Positions 9,672-20,509 are shown, counted from the stretch's first letter. The stretch: 64,000 nt of DNA from Puniceicoccales bacterium (GCA_031260055.1 JAIRKQ010000006.1:7713-71712); one strand, 5' to 3'. Numbers and translations: made by a program. The notes: generated by a model not told the origin, from the sequence alone.

Positions 9672-10868
9672 CTATGTTTGACCTATTTGTTTTAACAAAT
9701 TCACAAATTCAGAATTTTTAGCAACATCAAAGGGTTTCCCTCCTTTTATCCTTTGAAAATCTATGCAACTCATTTGATTATCGTAGCTTTCATCGAGTCC
9801 AATGACACCAGATTCTCCCGCAAGGGCACACTTTACGGCCATTTCAGCACTATCATTGATCAAAGCAATGTCGAAAAGGTTTGAGGGGGCAGAACGGGCA
9901 AAATATCCACTTTTTTGAACCAGGGTTTTTTCAGCCCCAATCCTTGTAGTAAATTGTGACTTAAACCATTCCCCTGCATTAATCGAGTCGAGCTTGACAT
10001 GGCCAAAAGCATCGCGGGCAACCACTTCACCCCGTGATTCCATCTCGATAACAATTTCGTCGACACATGCACCTTCACTCACGAAAATGTTTACGCAGCC
10101 TACGGTTTTCATTACCTGATCCAACCGGTCGGCTTCTTTTTTCAAGTTAATGGTCATTTCGGGAACGTATACTCCATGAATAGAATAGCGTTCCTTTGAC
10201 ATTCCTAACCCAGCAATGAACTCGCGTTCGTGTAACCGTTTTGTGTAGCACAATGCCGATGCAGCCGTCAACCACCCACACTTGCGACCCATGACTTCGT
10301 GAATAATAAACATTTTTGGATTTGCCGTTGTTTCGGCAACGATGTGTTCGAAAAATAGCGCACCTTGTTCGGCTGCTGTATTTGCTCCCAAACTATGGGC
10401 AATTGGAACAATGTCATTGTCCACGGTTTTTGGCAATCCGATAACTTGTAAATTGTAGCCACTTTCTTTTAAATGCTTTGCTAAATCAGCGGCAACGCCG
10501 TTAGTGTCATCACCGCCTATGGTGTGCAAAACATCAATTTTATCTTTCACTAGTTGTTCTGCGGCGACATTGAGCGGAATCTCTCCATCTTTTACGAACC
10601 CGCGTTTCACACAGTCTGCCACATTCGTTAGTTTTACACGGCTATTCCCTATGGGGCTACCACCGAATTGGTATAAAATTTCTACCGATTCCACAACTCC
10701 ATATGTAACGTTAAATGAATCACCCAATAATAACCCTTTATAGCCATCACGGTAGCAAACTATCTCAACGTCTGGAGATACTTTAACATACTCTTTTATC
10801 AATGCTGCAATAGCAGAAGACAGACACGGAGCAATTCCTCCCGCAGTCAATATGGCAATCTTCTTCAT
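9672..10868 (-). CDS. pfp: Pyrophosphate--fructose-6-phosphate 1-phosphotransferase (Propionibacterium-type PPi-PFK)
   Basis: KIAILTAGGIAPCLSS, GGSPIGNSRVKLTN, GGDDT (Asp diagnostic of PPi use), PKTVDND, EVMGR, QKSGYFARSA. Confidence 0.93.
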   Translation of the reverse strand: MKKIAILTAGGIAPCLSSAIAALIKEYVKVSPDVEIVCYRDGYKGLLLGDSFNVTYGVVESVEILYQFGGSPIGNSRVKLTNVADCVKRGFVKDGEIPLNVAAEQLVKDKIDVLHTIGGDDTNGVAADLAKHLKESGYNLQVIGLPKTVDNDIVPIAHSLGANTAAEQGALFFEHIVAETTANPKMFIIHEVMGRKCGWLTAASALCYTKRLHEREFIAGLGMSKERYSIHGVYVPEMTINLKKEADRLDQVMKTVGCVNIFVSEGACVDEIVIEMESRGEVVARDAFGHVKLDSINAGEWFKSQFTTRIGAEKTLVQKSGYFARSAPSNLFDIALINDSAEMAVKCALAGESGVIGLDESYDNQMSCIDFQRIKGGKPFDVAKNSEFVNLLKQIGQT

Positions 10869-11073
10869 GTCTTTACATGTTATCGTCTTTCCATCTTTGC
10901 GCAATTAAAATTTTAAAAAAAATAAAGCGAAGATAAAAATCTTTCGTCAGCCTAGAAAATTAGTCCATAAAGATACCACATGGAAACCTCGACAAATATA
11001 AATGTCTTTTGCCATTGGGAAATTTTTGCATTATTCTTGATATGCCTATTTACTATTGTTATGTTGCGATACG

Positions 11074-12162
11074 ATGAATAGGTACGCTATCGTTTGTGGA
11101 GGAACAGGAGGACACTTGGGCCCTGGCATAGCAATCGCCGAAGAATTGATGGCACGGAATGGAGAATGTTTATTGCTTATCAGCGATAAAGTGATCGACA
11201 GTGTCATGTTGAGAAAATATGATCAATTTGAATATATCACACTGCCGGCTAAGCCATTGGCTAAAAATATTTGGAAAATTTTTGAAACAATAAAATCCCA
11301 ACTCGTTTCCCTCTACCAATGTATAAAATTAGTGAAAAATAGAAAAATTGATTGCGTCATAGGTATGGGAGGGTTTACAAATTTTCCAGCGGTCATGGCT
11401 GCATTTTTAATGCGAAAGAAAATAGTTTTGCATGAATCGAATCGAGTAATTGGGAAAAGTATAAAATTACTGGCATACTTAGCCGACATAATTTTCCTCC
11501 CGTCCCAGGTGAATTTTAAAAGTCGATCTTTAAACAAAAAAGTTTCCCATGTGTCCATACCGCTTAGACGGGAGATGCAAAAAATCGATAAATGTGAAGC
11601 TAGGGAACGTCTAGGGTTAGACCCCCATGGGTCCGTGGTAACGGTTCTAGGTGGAAGTCAGGGAGCAGCCGCTCTAAATGAATGGGCAATTCAAAATTTT
11701 CAACGGTTGAATGGTCAAAATCTGGCCGTTTGCTGTGTGCGTGGCATAAAAAATGATAGTCGGGAGGAAATAATCGGTATGTCGGACGATGGCAATACCA
11801 TTAGGAACCTATTTCTTCCTTTTTGTAATGATATGTCGTCACTCCTCAGTGCTACGGATTTGTTAGTGTGCCGGGCTGGTGCTGGGACAATAGCGGAAGC
11901 CATACTTTTTAGATTACCGATGATATTGGTCCCCTATCCGGATGCTGCTGAAAATCATCAGGAAGTTAACGCTACCCATGTGGCCAATGACGGCAGGGCA
12001 ATTGTCGTACGACAGGGGGATATCGATTTGCTCGCGAACATCGTTATCGAGTGCTTTAAGAAAAATCTCAAAAACTTCCAGACAACTCCACCATCAGACA
12101 ACGAACATTCCGCCGTTGAAATTATTGCAAACCATATTCAAAGGATGATAGAAAATGAGTAA
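11074..12162 (+). CDS. murG: UDP-GlcNAc--lipid I N-acetylglucosamine transferase
   Basis: CGGTGGHLGPG, GMGGF, LHESN, GGSQGA, RAGAGT..E, LVPYP.AAENHQ..NA. Confidence 0.95.
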   Translation: MNRYAIVCGGTGGHLGPGIAIAEELMARNGECLLLISDKVIDSVMLRKYDQFEYITLPAKPLAKNIWKIFETIKSQLVSLYQCIKLVKNRKIDCVIGMGGFTNFPAVMAAFLMRKKIVLHESNRVIGKSIKLLAYLADIIFLPSQVNFKSRSLNKKVSHVSIPLRREMQKIDKCEARERLGLDPHGSVVTVLGGSQGAAALNEWAIQNFQRLNGQNLAVCCVRGIKNDSREEIIGMSDDGNTIRNLFLPFCNDMSSLLSATDLLVCRAGAGTIAEAILFRLPMILVPYPDAAENHQEVNATHVANDGRAIVVRQGDIDLLANIVIECFKKNLKNFQTTPPSDNEHSAVEIIANHIQRMIENE

Positions 12163-14311
12163 AAATATTTGTATGCTTGGAATCTGCGGAGCTGGCATGG
12201 CACCGCTGGCAATTTATTTAGTCCAAAGAGGGGACGTGGTTTATGGATGGGATGATTACGTTAATTTGCCAATTAAGGACCTTTTGGTATCCCATGGTGT
12301 TATCTTTATGCCGAAACAACTTCTTCCACCAAACTGTGACTGTGTGGTTCGGTCGAGTGCCGTCAATGAACAGAGCAATAGCGTTTGCCAACGTGCAGCA
12401 AAAGATGGCATTGAGATCTTCCGAAGGGGAGAATTTTTAGCAAAGATCTGCCGGGACAGGAAATTGCTCGCGATTGTGGGATCCCACGGAAAAACTTCTG
12501 TTTCCGGTACGTGTGTGGAAATTCTTAGGCACAATGGCCTAGCCTTCGACTATGTGGTAGGAGGATTCTTTAAGGGGAAAGAAATTCCACCATCCGCCTA
12601 TAACGAAAAATCCGAATGGATAGTGGCTGAAGTTGACGAAAGCGACGGAACCATAGAAAATTTTTCACCGGAATGTACCATTGCTTTGAACTACGACGAT
12701 GATCACATATATAACTACGGCAATCGAGATAATTTTTTAAAAGCATTTGAAAAGCTGTTTGCACAGACAAAGTCGACCATTTTTGTGCCCGAAGACGATA
12801 TAATTTTCACGAACATGGCATCCAATTTTGAAAAAAAGTATGTCAAAATTCAGGGATTGAATGGCGATGATTTCTCCGAAAAAAACAAATCCATAGCGCT
12901 ATTTTGCGTGCGCAGAATTTTCAACAAAGATATTACTTTACCCGATAAAATAACGGGAATTCAGCGGCGAAATGATGTGATGTTTAAAACCGAAAAATTT
13001 GTTTTTCTGAATGACTATGCCCATCACCCAACGGAAATCAATTCGTTGTTGAGATACGCCCGAACCCACTACAGAGACTACGAATTGAACATAATATTTC
13101 AGCCCCACAGGCTATCTCGGACCAAACAATATTTTGCGGAATTCGCAGCAAATTTGGACATGTTTGACAGACCATTTGTCGTCGAACTATATGCCGCATT
13201 CGAGGAAAAAATCGAAGGTGTTTCCAGCAATCTCGTGTTCAATGAGGTAAAAAATCCGAACAAGAAATTTTTAACCCTTTCCCAATTCGAAACCGACATG
13301 CGCGACATCTATAACAGGCTATCCTCATGCGATAAAAAGCAACTAGTGATGTTTGTCGGAGCAGGCAATATCTTGTACCACGCCAAGGCTTTCATCGGCA
13401 AAATCGCATTTGAAGAGGTGAAGAAAGCTTTTAACCAGGCTCGGATAAAATTTGCACCTTTTGAGGATTTGACCCGTGCATTTTCCATAAAAGTACCAAC
13501 ATCTGCCCGAATACATGTAAACCCCGCAACGCACAACGAATTGATCGCAATTGTAAACATTTGCCACAATTTGGGCATTAAGTATGTAATTATCGGCAAC
13601 GGAACCAAAATATTGCCGCCGGATGGAATGATCAACGCAGTTGTAATAACATTGGATTCAGACTATTGGAAATCTCTGGAATGGATTGAAAATGATACTT
13701 TGCGTTGTAAGGCTGGAATTTCTCTCAGAGACTTTTGTAAATCAGTGAGTGGGAAAGGATTTCTGGGAACCGAAAAGCTATCATATATTCCGAGCCATAT
13801 GGGTGGTGCAATCCTTATGAATGCTGGGGCCCATGGACAAACCATATCCGACCATTTAGTATCCATCGAAACTTTGGATCCCAATGGGGTCGTACATACC
13901 ATGGGAAAGGCCGATTTGAGTTTTGGATACCGGACATCTTCCATCACTCGCGACAATATCATTCTCAGTGCAACCTTTCGGTTTAGCGAACAGGCTCCCC
14001 AAGAATACTTTACTTCCATGGCCGAAGAGTTATTAAACTGGCGAAAAACACACCAACCGAAGGGTATCAACTTTGGATCGGTGTTCAAAAATGGAGATGA
14101 TTTCTGTGCCGGTGAATTGATTGATAGGGCTGGACTAAAAGGTGCGAGCATTGGAGGTGCGGCCATTTCCGAGGAGCATGCTAATTTTATAATCAACCGG
14201 GGGAACGCATCTTTTCGGGACATTGAAAAGCTCATAGATTTAGCGAGGTATACGGTGTACATAAAATTTGGAAAGTTTCTAAAAACGGAAGTAAATATTT
14301 TAAGAGCTTAG
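12155..14311 (+). CDS. murC-murB: Fused UDP-N-acetylmuramate--L-alanine ligase / UDP-N-acetylenolpyruvoylglucosamine reductase (MurC-MurB)
   Basis: N-terminal half: GICGAGM, GSHGKTS, EVDESDG, DYAHHPTE, FQPHR (MurC). C-terminal half: GNGT, GGAILMNAGAHG, YRTS, QP..NFGSVFKN, HANFIIN (MurB). One continuous frame. Confidence 0.93.
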   Translation: MSKNICMLGICGAGMAPLAIYLVQRGDVVYGWDDYVNLPIKDLLVSHGVIFMPKQLLPPNCDCVVRSSAVNEQSNSVCQRAAKDGIEIFRRGEFLAKICRDRKLLAIVGSHGKTSVSGTCVEILRHNGLAFDYVVGGFFKGKEIPPSAYNEKSEWIVAEVDESDGTIENFSPECTIALNYDDDHIYNYGNRDNFLKAFEKLFAQTKSTIFVPEDDIIFTNMASNFEKKYVKIQGLNGDDFSEKNKSIALFCVRRIFNKDITLPDKITGIQRRNDVMFKTEKFVFLNDYAHHPTEINSLLRYARTHYRDYELNIIFQPHRLSRTKQYFAEFAANLDMFDRPFVVELYAAFEEKIEGVSSNLVFNEVKNPNKKFLTLSQFETDMRDIYNRLSSCDKKQLVMFVGAGNILYHAKAFIGKIAFEEVKKAFNQARIKFAPFEDLTRAFSIKVPTSARIHVNPATHNELIAIVNICHNLGIKYVIIGNGTKILPPDGMINAVVITLDSDYWKSLEWIENDTLRCKAGISLRDFCKSVSGKGFLGTEKLSYIPSHMGGAILMNAGAHGQTISDHLVSIETLDPNGVVHTMGKADLSFGYRTSSITRDNIILSATFRFSEQAPQEYFTSMAEELLNWRKTHQPKGINFGSVFKNGDDFCAGELIDRAGLKGASIGGAAISEEHANFIINRGNASFRDIEKLIDLARYTVYIKFGKFLKTEVNILRA

Positions 14312-14357
14312 GGGCTTAAAATTTTAGCGAATTTTTGTTCCATAATTTTCATTAGCC

Positions 14358-15140
14358 ATGTTCGACAAAATTTTGAAGACAACTTTTAAGGTGCCCGTAT
14401 TGTTTAAATCTCAAACGCAGAGCACCAATTCGGATGCCAAGGAAATGGTGAGAAATGGGCAACCGGTCCCGTTTATAGTACTAGCGGAGCAACAATTAGC
14501 TTCCTATGGCCAATATGGGCGGCGTTGGGTCGGAAATATTGTCGGAAATTTATACCTATCCTATGCTTTAAAAATAACTAACCCATTACAAAATCACCTG
14601 ACAATTTTCGCACAGTATGTGGCCGTTAAACTTTGCGAAATGTTATCCAATAGATTTTCCATCGACGTAAAAATTAAGTGGCCCAACGACATCCTCATTC
14701 AGTCGAAGAAGATTGGAGGTTTGCTTTTGGAAGTTATAAGGAGGGACAACAGCATTATTTCAGCGATCCTGGGAATTGGAATTAATATACTGGATACTCC
14801 AAAGATAGATAATGCCCCATACCAAATATCCTGTTTGCAAGAATCTATCAATGTTAAATTAGATTTCGACGATGTGCTGATTGACATAGTCCATGCTCTT
14901 ATTGAAATTGTCGAAGGGTTTGAAACGATTAATCTTGGAAGCTTTTGCGAAAAGTGGAGATCCTTTGATTGCATATATGGCAAAAATATTATCCTAGAAA
15001 GACAAAATTCTCAAACTAGGGGAATTGATAGGGGTATAAATGAGCTGGGGGAATTAATTGTTTTGCTACCCAGTGGCCAGCGAATTACGTTTCCGCAGGG
15101 AAATGCAAAAATATCTCCCGATAGGGCATTTAGTCATTGA
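14358..15140 (+). CDS. birA: Biotin--[acetyl-CoA-carboxylase] ligase (type I, no HTH)
   Basis: STNSDAK, AEQQ...GQYGRRW, IKWPNDILIQSKKIGGLL, LGIGINI. Confidence 0.92.
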   Translation: MFDKILKTTFKVPVLFKSQTQSTNSDAKEMVRNGQPVPFIVLAEQQLASYGQYGRRWVGNIVGNLYLSYALKITNPLQNHLTIFAQYVAVKLCEMLSNRFSIDVKIKWPNDILIQSKKIGGLLLEVIRRDNSIISAILGIGINILDTPKIDNAPYQISCLQESINVKLDFDDVLIDIVHALIEIVEGFETINLGSFCEKWRSFDCIYGKNIILERQNSQTRGIDRGINELGELIVLLPSGQRITFPQGNAKISPDRAFSH

Positions 15141-15178
15141 TGAAACAATGAATCTTTTTTATTTGTTGGTATCTGATT

Positions 15179-15263
15179 GCTCAGGTGGTGAAATTGGTAG
15201 ACACGCTGTCTTCAGGCGGCAGTACCGCAAGGTATAGGGGTTCGAATCCCCTCCTGAGCACCA
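15179..15263 (+). tRNA. tRNA-Leu(CAG)
   Basis: Acceptor stem GCTCAGG/CCTGAGC, anticodon arm CTGTC-TTCAGGC-GGCAG, long variable arm, T-loop TTCGAAT, encoded CCA. Confidence 0.96.
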
Positions 15264-15392
15264 ACATAGCGGGAGGGTTAATACGCTTTTTCAAAGGATC
15301 AAAAGGATTCCCAGTGTTCTGTAAGTTAGCTGTAACCTGGAATGGTAGCAGATAAAAACAAATGATCCAAGAAAAAATCTTCCATCCTGTCC

Positions 15393-16655
15393 CTATAATT
15401 TTAACACAACTATATTTTCTATGTGTCTTGTTTGGGGAAACATGTCGATTGGCTGAATTTCTTCAATGGAGTATTTCTGCCTGAGGAATTTCAAATCACG
15501 TGCCTGTGTGTCTGGAGCACAGGAAACGTAAACAATTTTTGCGGGACCAAATGCCATCAATTGGGATAGAAAAGTTTCGGTACATCCAGCCCTCGGAGGA
15601 TCGATTATTACGCTGGTTTCATGGCCTGCGAATTCAACATTTTCAAAAATTCGTTCCGCCGTTCCAGCGATAAAACGAATATGGTCAACTTTGTTGTCCC
15701 GGGCATTTTGTTTAGCGAAATTGATGGCAACCTCATTGATTTCTATGCCAAGAACCTTTTCAAAGTTTTTCGCTGCCATTATGCCAAAAACTCCAACGCC
15801 ACAGTAGGCATCGATCAAATATTTTGGACCCATTGCCGCTCGGACCACAAAATTAGTCAACTGTAGCAATGCGTAGGGGTTGTTCTGGAAAAATTCACCG
15901 GCCTGGTAGGAAAAATTAAAATTTTCAATTTTCTGGGACACAAATGCCCTAGGACTTGTTTCGACTCGTTGGCCCAGATCTCGCAAAAGAATGGTCCCTC
16001 CCCGTTTCAACGAACTTTTATTTCGTAAAATATCTTCTCGTACGGCACCCAATCTGTCATTTATCCTTTCGGTGGCAATTGGACACTGTTCCACATCAAC
16101 GATTGCTCTCGTGCCTTCCCTTAAAAACCCTATGGGTGGCACGGACCTTTGGAAATGGGGAGTTATTTTCGAACGGTAGTTATAGGAGCGGTCTCCCTGC
16201 AAACATTCATTGACTGGGAATGCAATGCCGGCCAACTTTTTCATCACGTCGGACACCTGATGACGTTTGAGGTTCAACTGCTTTTCATATTTTATGTATT
16301 GGTATTGGCAACCCCCACAGATACCAAACAATGGACATTTCGGCTCGATACGGTCGGGGGATGGTTTGACAACCCTTATCAGGTCACCGATGGAATAATT
16401 TTTCAAATTTTTATGGATGCTAGCAATTACAACCTCGCCGATAAAAACATGGGGGACCATTACGACCCAATTGTTCATGCGGCCAAGGCCCATGCCAAGA
16501 TTTGTTACGTCATCTATGGCAAGTTCAATCTGTTCATGATACTTGAACGGCGTGGCTATAAAATTTTTCGGTTGCTTAAACTCCACATCCCTAGCGAATA
16601 AAAAATATTCAGCATTTTCAAAGAAAATTGTCAGATTACAAAGCCCTTTGGTCAA
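15393..16655 (-). CDS. rlmD: RlmD/TrmA-family RNA m5U methyltransferase
   Basis: TRAM domain, CPLFGICGGCQYQ Fe-S motif, FFQNN, DAYCGVG, IIDPPRAG, YVSCAP, DMFPQTRHIE. True start may be GTG 16586. Confidence 0.9.
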   Translation of the reverse strand: MTKGLCNLTIFFENAEYFLFARDVEFKQPKNFIATPFKYHEQIELAIDDVTNLGMGLGRMNNWVVMVPHVFIGEVVIASIHKNLKNYSIGDLIRVVKPSPDRIEPKCPLFGICGGCQYQYIKYEKQLNLKRHQVSDVMKKLAGIAFPVNECLQGDRSYNYRSKITPHFQRSVPPIGFLREGTRAIVDVEQCPIATERINDRLGAVREDILRNKSSLKRGGTILLRDLGQRVETSPRAFVSQKIENFNFSYQAGEFFQNNPYALLQLTNFVVRAAMGPKYLIDAYCGVGVFGIMAAKNFEKVLGIEINEVAINFAKQNARDNKVDHIRFIAGTAERIFENVEFAGHETSVIIDPPRAGCTETFLSQLMAFGPAKIVYVSCAPDTQARDLKFLRQKYSIEEIQPIDMFPQTRHIENIVVLKL

Positions 16656-17515
16656 TGGGCCGATATTTCTATGGCAAACGTATCCGTTTCATTGGGGGCT
16701 ATCATTGCATAGTTTTGAATATCGGCGTTTGTCATATTTCCACTGCCTTCGGATGGCATATCTGCCACAAAAGCCACATCTACTTTATTAGCTATCGGAG
16801 TTTTACGTATCATTAGGACCGACTTTTGGGTTTTATTTCCAAAGATGAAAGAAAGCCCTTCTTCTTCATTGGGTGTTCCTATCCAAATCTTACTATCTTG
16901 CAACTGGGTAAATCCTATGATGTCATTATTTAACAGCTCGAGAGATGTTCTTTCGTTGGATTTAACAGAATTTATAACACGCATGTCATCGGATATGCGT
17001 AGCCGCTTCTTTGCAAGATTTTTCACGATATATTTTTCCAGCGGTGTTCCGTTGATCCAAGGCAAACTTATAAAAAAATGTATGGCCGGACACCAGTATA
17101 TGGGCATTGTTCCGTGGTTGGTTACGGAAATTTCGAGGCGGAAATATAATTCTGACAGCCTGTATGTTATTTTTGGCAAAAATGACAGCTCAGTATCATT
17201 TTCCGGAGTGAAAGCCATTTCATACTTGGTATCGCTGGTTTTTACAAATTTCAAATTTTCAATGCCCAAAGAATCAAATCCCGCAAGCGGCATCGACTTC
17301 GCATTAAAAAATATTTTCGAACCAATATTGCCGATGGAATCTTCCCCATCCATTTCAGAAAATAATATGTCTCGAATGCTATTGTCAGCCATAACAATTT
17401 GCCAGCTTATTATCCTGGCAATGTCTTGGGGACAAAAGAGATAGCGCGAAGGCGAAACGTCCGCTGACAATAATTTCAAACCGTGAAAATCTAATTCACT
17501 AACATTCATAGGCAT
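16652..17515 (-). CDS. Aldose 1-epimerase / galactose mutarotase-like protein (divergent)
   Basis: All-beta pattern with YRL....L.ISVTNHG..PIYWCPAIHFF and a C-terminal IAPNET.TF.IEI typical of the family. Confidence 0.65.
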   Translation of the reverse strand: MPMNVSELDFHGLKLLSADVSPSRYLFCPQDIARIISWQIVMADNSIRDILFSEMDGEDSIGNIGSKIFFNAKSMPLAGFDSLGIENLKFVKTSDTKYEMAFTPENDTELSFLPKITYRLSELYFRLEISVTNHGTMPIYWCPAIHFFISLPWINGTPLEKYIVKNLAKKRLRISDDMRVINSVKSNERTSLELLNNDIIGFTQLQDSKIWIGTPNEEEGLSFIFGNKTQKSVLMIRKTPIANKVDVAFVADMPSEGSGNMTNADIQNYAMIAPNETDTFAIEISAH

Positions 17516-17700
17516 GAGTTTTTTAACTTTTTAGACTTCTTCTGACAAAATGATAAAAGAAAATTTTTTGTAAAGCCATTAAGGTTCCAAGCTGGAATTG
17601 GCTATGGAAAAGTTAGAATGAAAAATAAAAACAGTGATACCATTCATGGTGCACGGCAAAAAGTGCTTGTCGCCATTGGGTTCAAGATTAATTTTCTCCA

Positions 17701-19467
17701 ATGCTTGATTCCACAATTAAAGTTTTACCAGAAGATGTCGCCAATAAAATTGCCGCCGGAGAAATTGTTGAACGGCCGGCTGCCATCGTTAAAGAATTAG
17801 TTGAAAACAGCCTAGATGCAAAGGCAAAGCTTATCAATATTAGATTTTCTCGGGGAGGAAAATTTTCCATAGCCGTCGAAGACGATGGTTTCGGCATGCA
17901 CAAAGAGGAAGTACTGCTATCCATAAAACGACACGCCACCAACAAGTTACACTGTATTCAGGATCTAGACTCGCTGGCCACGTTTGGTTTTCGCGGTGAA
18001 GCCCTCCCATCCATAGCGAGCGTTTCTAAATTTAGGTTGATGACCTGTTCCATTAATGATGCCCACGGGACGGAAATTGTCATAGATGGTGGAAAAGTTG
18101 TAGCCGTCAAAGACTGTGCGAAATTCAACGGAACGAAAGTAATCGTTGAAAACTTGTTTTACAATGTTCCAGCCAGGAGAAAATTCCTGAAGTCCGATGA
18201 AACAGAAAGCATGAATATAGTATCTCTGATAAAAAATTTAGCATTGGCTGAATCGGACGTAAAATTTTCTCTTTTTCAAAATGGGAATATGGTATTTCTA
18301 TCGCCGAATTCCAAAAATCTTGGAGATAGAATAAATGAAGTTTTTAAGCATGATGAAAAATTTATCGATTTTTCATATGCCGAAGGAGATTACAGGATGG
18401 ATGGAGCGATTTGCGATCCGACCTTTGGTAATATCTGTAAAAAGAACATGGTCGTCTTCGTGAATAACCGCCTGGTCAGAAGTAATATCATCAATTATGC
18501 CATAGGCGATGCGCTGGAACCGATCTTTCCAAACCATAGGGGAATTTTGGCCTATATTTTTTTGAAAATTAATCCAGCAATGGTTGATGTAAATGTGCAC
18601 CCGATGAAAAAAGAAGTTCGTTTTAAAAATGAAATGGCGGTCAGGGGATTTATTCAAAAGGCCCTACTGGACATATTTGGCAAACACTATGGCGGGGCAG
18701 TTGAAAAATTTGTCCAAGGGGAACCACAACCAACGTTTCAAAATTTCCAACAGCCACAATGGCAAAGCTTGCGAAAGGGACCGTCCCTTCAAGATTGCCC
18801 AACAACTTCATCGGGCAGCAAAATTCCCCGAAAGGAAATACCGTTCGTTGAACAAAAAAAGCTAGATATATTTCCTTCTGCAGAATCCAGTGATCACGAT
18901 TGGAAGTTTGTGGGAATAGCCTTTGGAGAGATTGCAATTTTTGAACAGAGAACTGGCATTATTATTTTTAACATTCGATTGGCTCTCAGCCGAATAACCT
19001 ACGAAAAGGTAATGGCTCAGCGTGATGTTGCCAGCTCACAGCAATTACTACTGCCCATAGAATTTTCATTGTCCCAGGACGAATCAGACCGGTTTCAAAG
19101 ATTTTTGCCAATTTTTTTGAAAAATGGATTTTCAATTTATTCCTTTGGGCAATACGACTATAAGATCGATGCGATTCCGGAATGGTTATCCTACCAAGAC
19201 GCGGCCAGCTTAACCCATCGATTAATTGCGGAGGACAATACTTCAACCAAGAATGCACAGGCATTAAACATGGAAGAAACCTTTGCACGATGTATTTCAC
19301 AGGTTTCTACCTTAGAAAATTATAGAACGCAGGATGACATTAAAAAGTTGCAAAACGCACTGCTATTGTGCAAAAATCCACTGCTATGTCCCCTAGGGAA
19401 TGTTATATATTTTGAACTTTCGCTGGCAGACATGAACCGTCGTTTCGGTGTGAAAGTAACACACTAA
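17701..19467 (+). CDS. mutL: DNA mismatch repair protein MutL
   Basis: IAAGEIVERPA.IVKELVENSLDA, EDDGFGM, RHATNK, TFGFRGEALPSI, DVNVHPMKKEVRF; C-terminal CPLG. Confidence 0.97.
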   Translation: MLDSTIKVLPEDVANKIAAGEIVERPAAIVKELVENSLDAKAKLINIRFSRGGKFSIAVEDDGFGMHKEEVLLSIKRHATNKLHCIQDLDSLATFGFRGEALPSIASVSKFRLMTCSINDAHGTEIVIDGGKVVAVKDCAKFNGTKVIVENLFYNVPARRKFLKSDETESMNIVSLIKNLALAESDVKFSLFQNGNMVFLSPNSKNLGDRINEVFKHDEKFIDFSYAEGDYRMDGAICDPTFGNICKKNMVVFVNNRLVRSNIINYAIGDALEPIFPNHRGILAYIFLKINPAMVDVNVHPMKKEVRFKNEMAVRGFIQKALLDIFGKHYGGAVEKFVQGEPQPTFQNFQQPQWQSLRKGPSLQDCPTTSSGSKIPRKEIPFVEQKKLDIFPSAESSDHDWKFVGIAFGEIAIFEQRTGIIIFNIRLALSRITYEKVMAQRDVASSQQLLLPIEFSLSQDESDRFQRFLPIFLKNGFSIYSFGQYDYKIDAIPEWLSYQDAASLTHRLIAEDNTSTKNAQALNMEETFARCISQVSTLENYRTQDDIKKLQNALLLCKNPLLCPLGNVIYFELSLADMNRRFGVKVTH

Positions 19468-19554
19468 CCCACCGTTGTTATGAAAAAAACTAATTAAAAA
19501 ATTCGTTTTTGCTTGCAAAAAAATAGTATATCATTCTAATATGTAGGCACATAC

Positions 19555-20169
19555 ATGGAATCATCGCAGAAAGCCGAAAATAATGCTTGTCGGATAGGGC
19601 TAACGGAGGACCGGGAAGCTACCTATGGCAATTCCCAGCCGAAGTGTACATCATGCAGTGTCTTTCATGAGAAGGTTATATCTGTACACTCTGGCTCAAA
19701 GGGTTCCTATTGTCTTGAATCTAGGTTTTTTCCCAATCCTCTCAGGATGAGAAAAGTATGTGTAGAGTCTCCGGCACGGCCAAATACTTTCGCTGATACG
19801 AATAGGACAATTAATGTGTTTGATTTATATGCGCAACAAGGGGACAAAATTTTTAAATTGAAAAACAGTATCCTAAAGAACCTAAAGCCTCTGGAGAGTG
19901 TTGAGGTCGTCAAGCTAAAAAGCCTAGTTGATTCCAAGTTTAACTCTGCCTTTCAGGAAAGAAACCTAGGTGTGCCCGACCAGGAAAAATTACAGACCCA
20001 AACTAACGCTTTTTTTGATTCAATAATTTCGTCGATAGTTAAGCCAGAATCTGTGTTACTTGTACGTCAATCGTGGACGTCAACGAGTAAAAGCTGGGGA
20101 GTATACGAGATTTATGCCATTTGCCAATATATTTTAGGTGATATTTTAGGGGGCGCTGAAAACCAGTAG
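19555..20169 (+). CDS. Hypothetical protein
   Basis: 204-aa ORF between mutL and tRNA-Ser; no recognisable motif. Confidence 0.6.
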   Translation: MESSQKAENNACRIGLTEDREATYGNSQPKCTSCSVFHEKVISVHSGSKGSYCLESRFFPNPLRMRKVCVESPARPNTFADTNRTINVFDLYAQQGDKIFKLKNSILKNLKPLESVEVVKLKSLVDSKFNSAFQERNLGVPDQEKLQTQTNAFFDSIISSIVKPESVLLVRQSWTSTSKSWGVYEIYAICQYILGDILGGAENQ

Positions 20170-20420
20170 CCGGAAAGCCGTAGTGCGAGGGTGAAATAGT
20201 GCCAGGAAAGCTTATAACCGAGGGTTGGTTTTCGCAAATTCAGGAAAGAAATAAAATAGATAATCAACTCATAGCATAATTTCCACAAACCGAAATGCAG
20301 ACGATATTCAAACAGATCCCGGGACGTATCCGCAATATGGGAAGGAAATTGGTTACCATTCAAAGAAAAATTAAATTGCGACTTGCGTTTATCGGTTGTT
20401 CAATTTGAACTAGATGCTTC

Positions 20421-20509
20421 GGAGAGATGACAGAGTGGACGATTGTGTTTGACTCGAAATCAAATGTACCGTAGAGGTACCGGGGGTTCGAATCCCTCTC
20501 TCTCCGCCA
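20421..20509 (+). tRNA. tRNA-Ser(CGA)
   Basis: Acceptor stem GGAGAGA/TCTCTCC, anticodon arm TTTGA-CTCGAAA-TCAAA, long variable arm, T-loop TTCGAAT, encoded GCCA. Confidence 0.96.

Noticed and set aside
13663-14262. Long antisense ORFs (also 16845..17444, 33537..34007, 36003..36587 and similar)
   Set aside because: Entirely opposite well-supported genes and lacking motifs; expected shadow ORFs
15263-15392. Integration scar after tRNA-Leu
   Set aside because: Short spacer with housekeeping genes on both sides and no repeat or foreign gene
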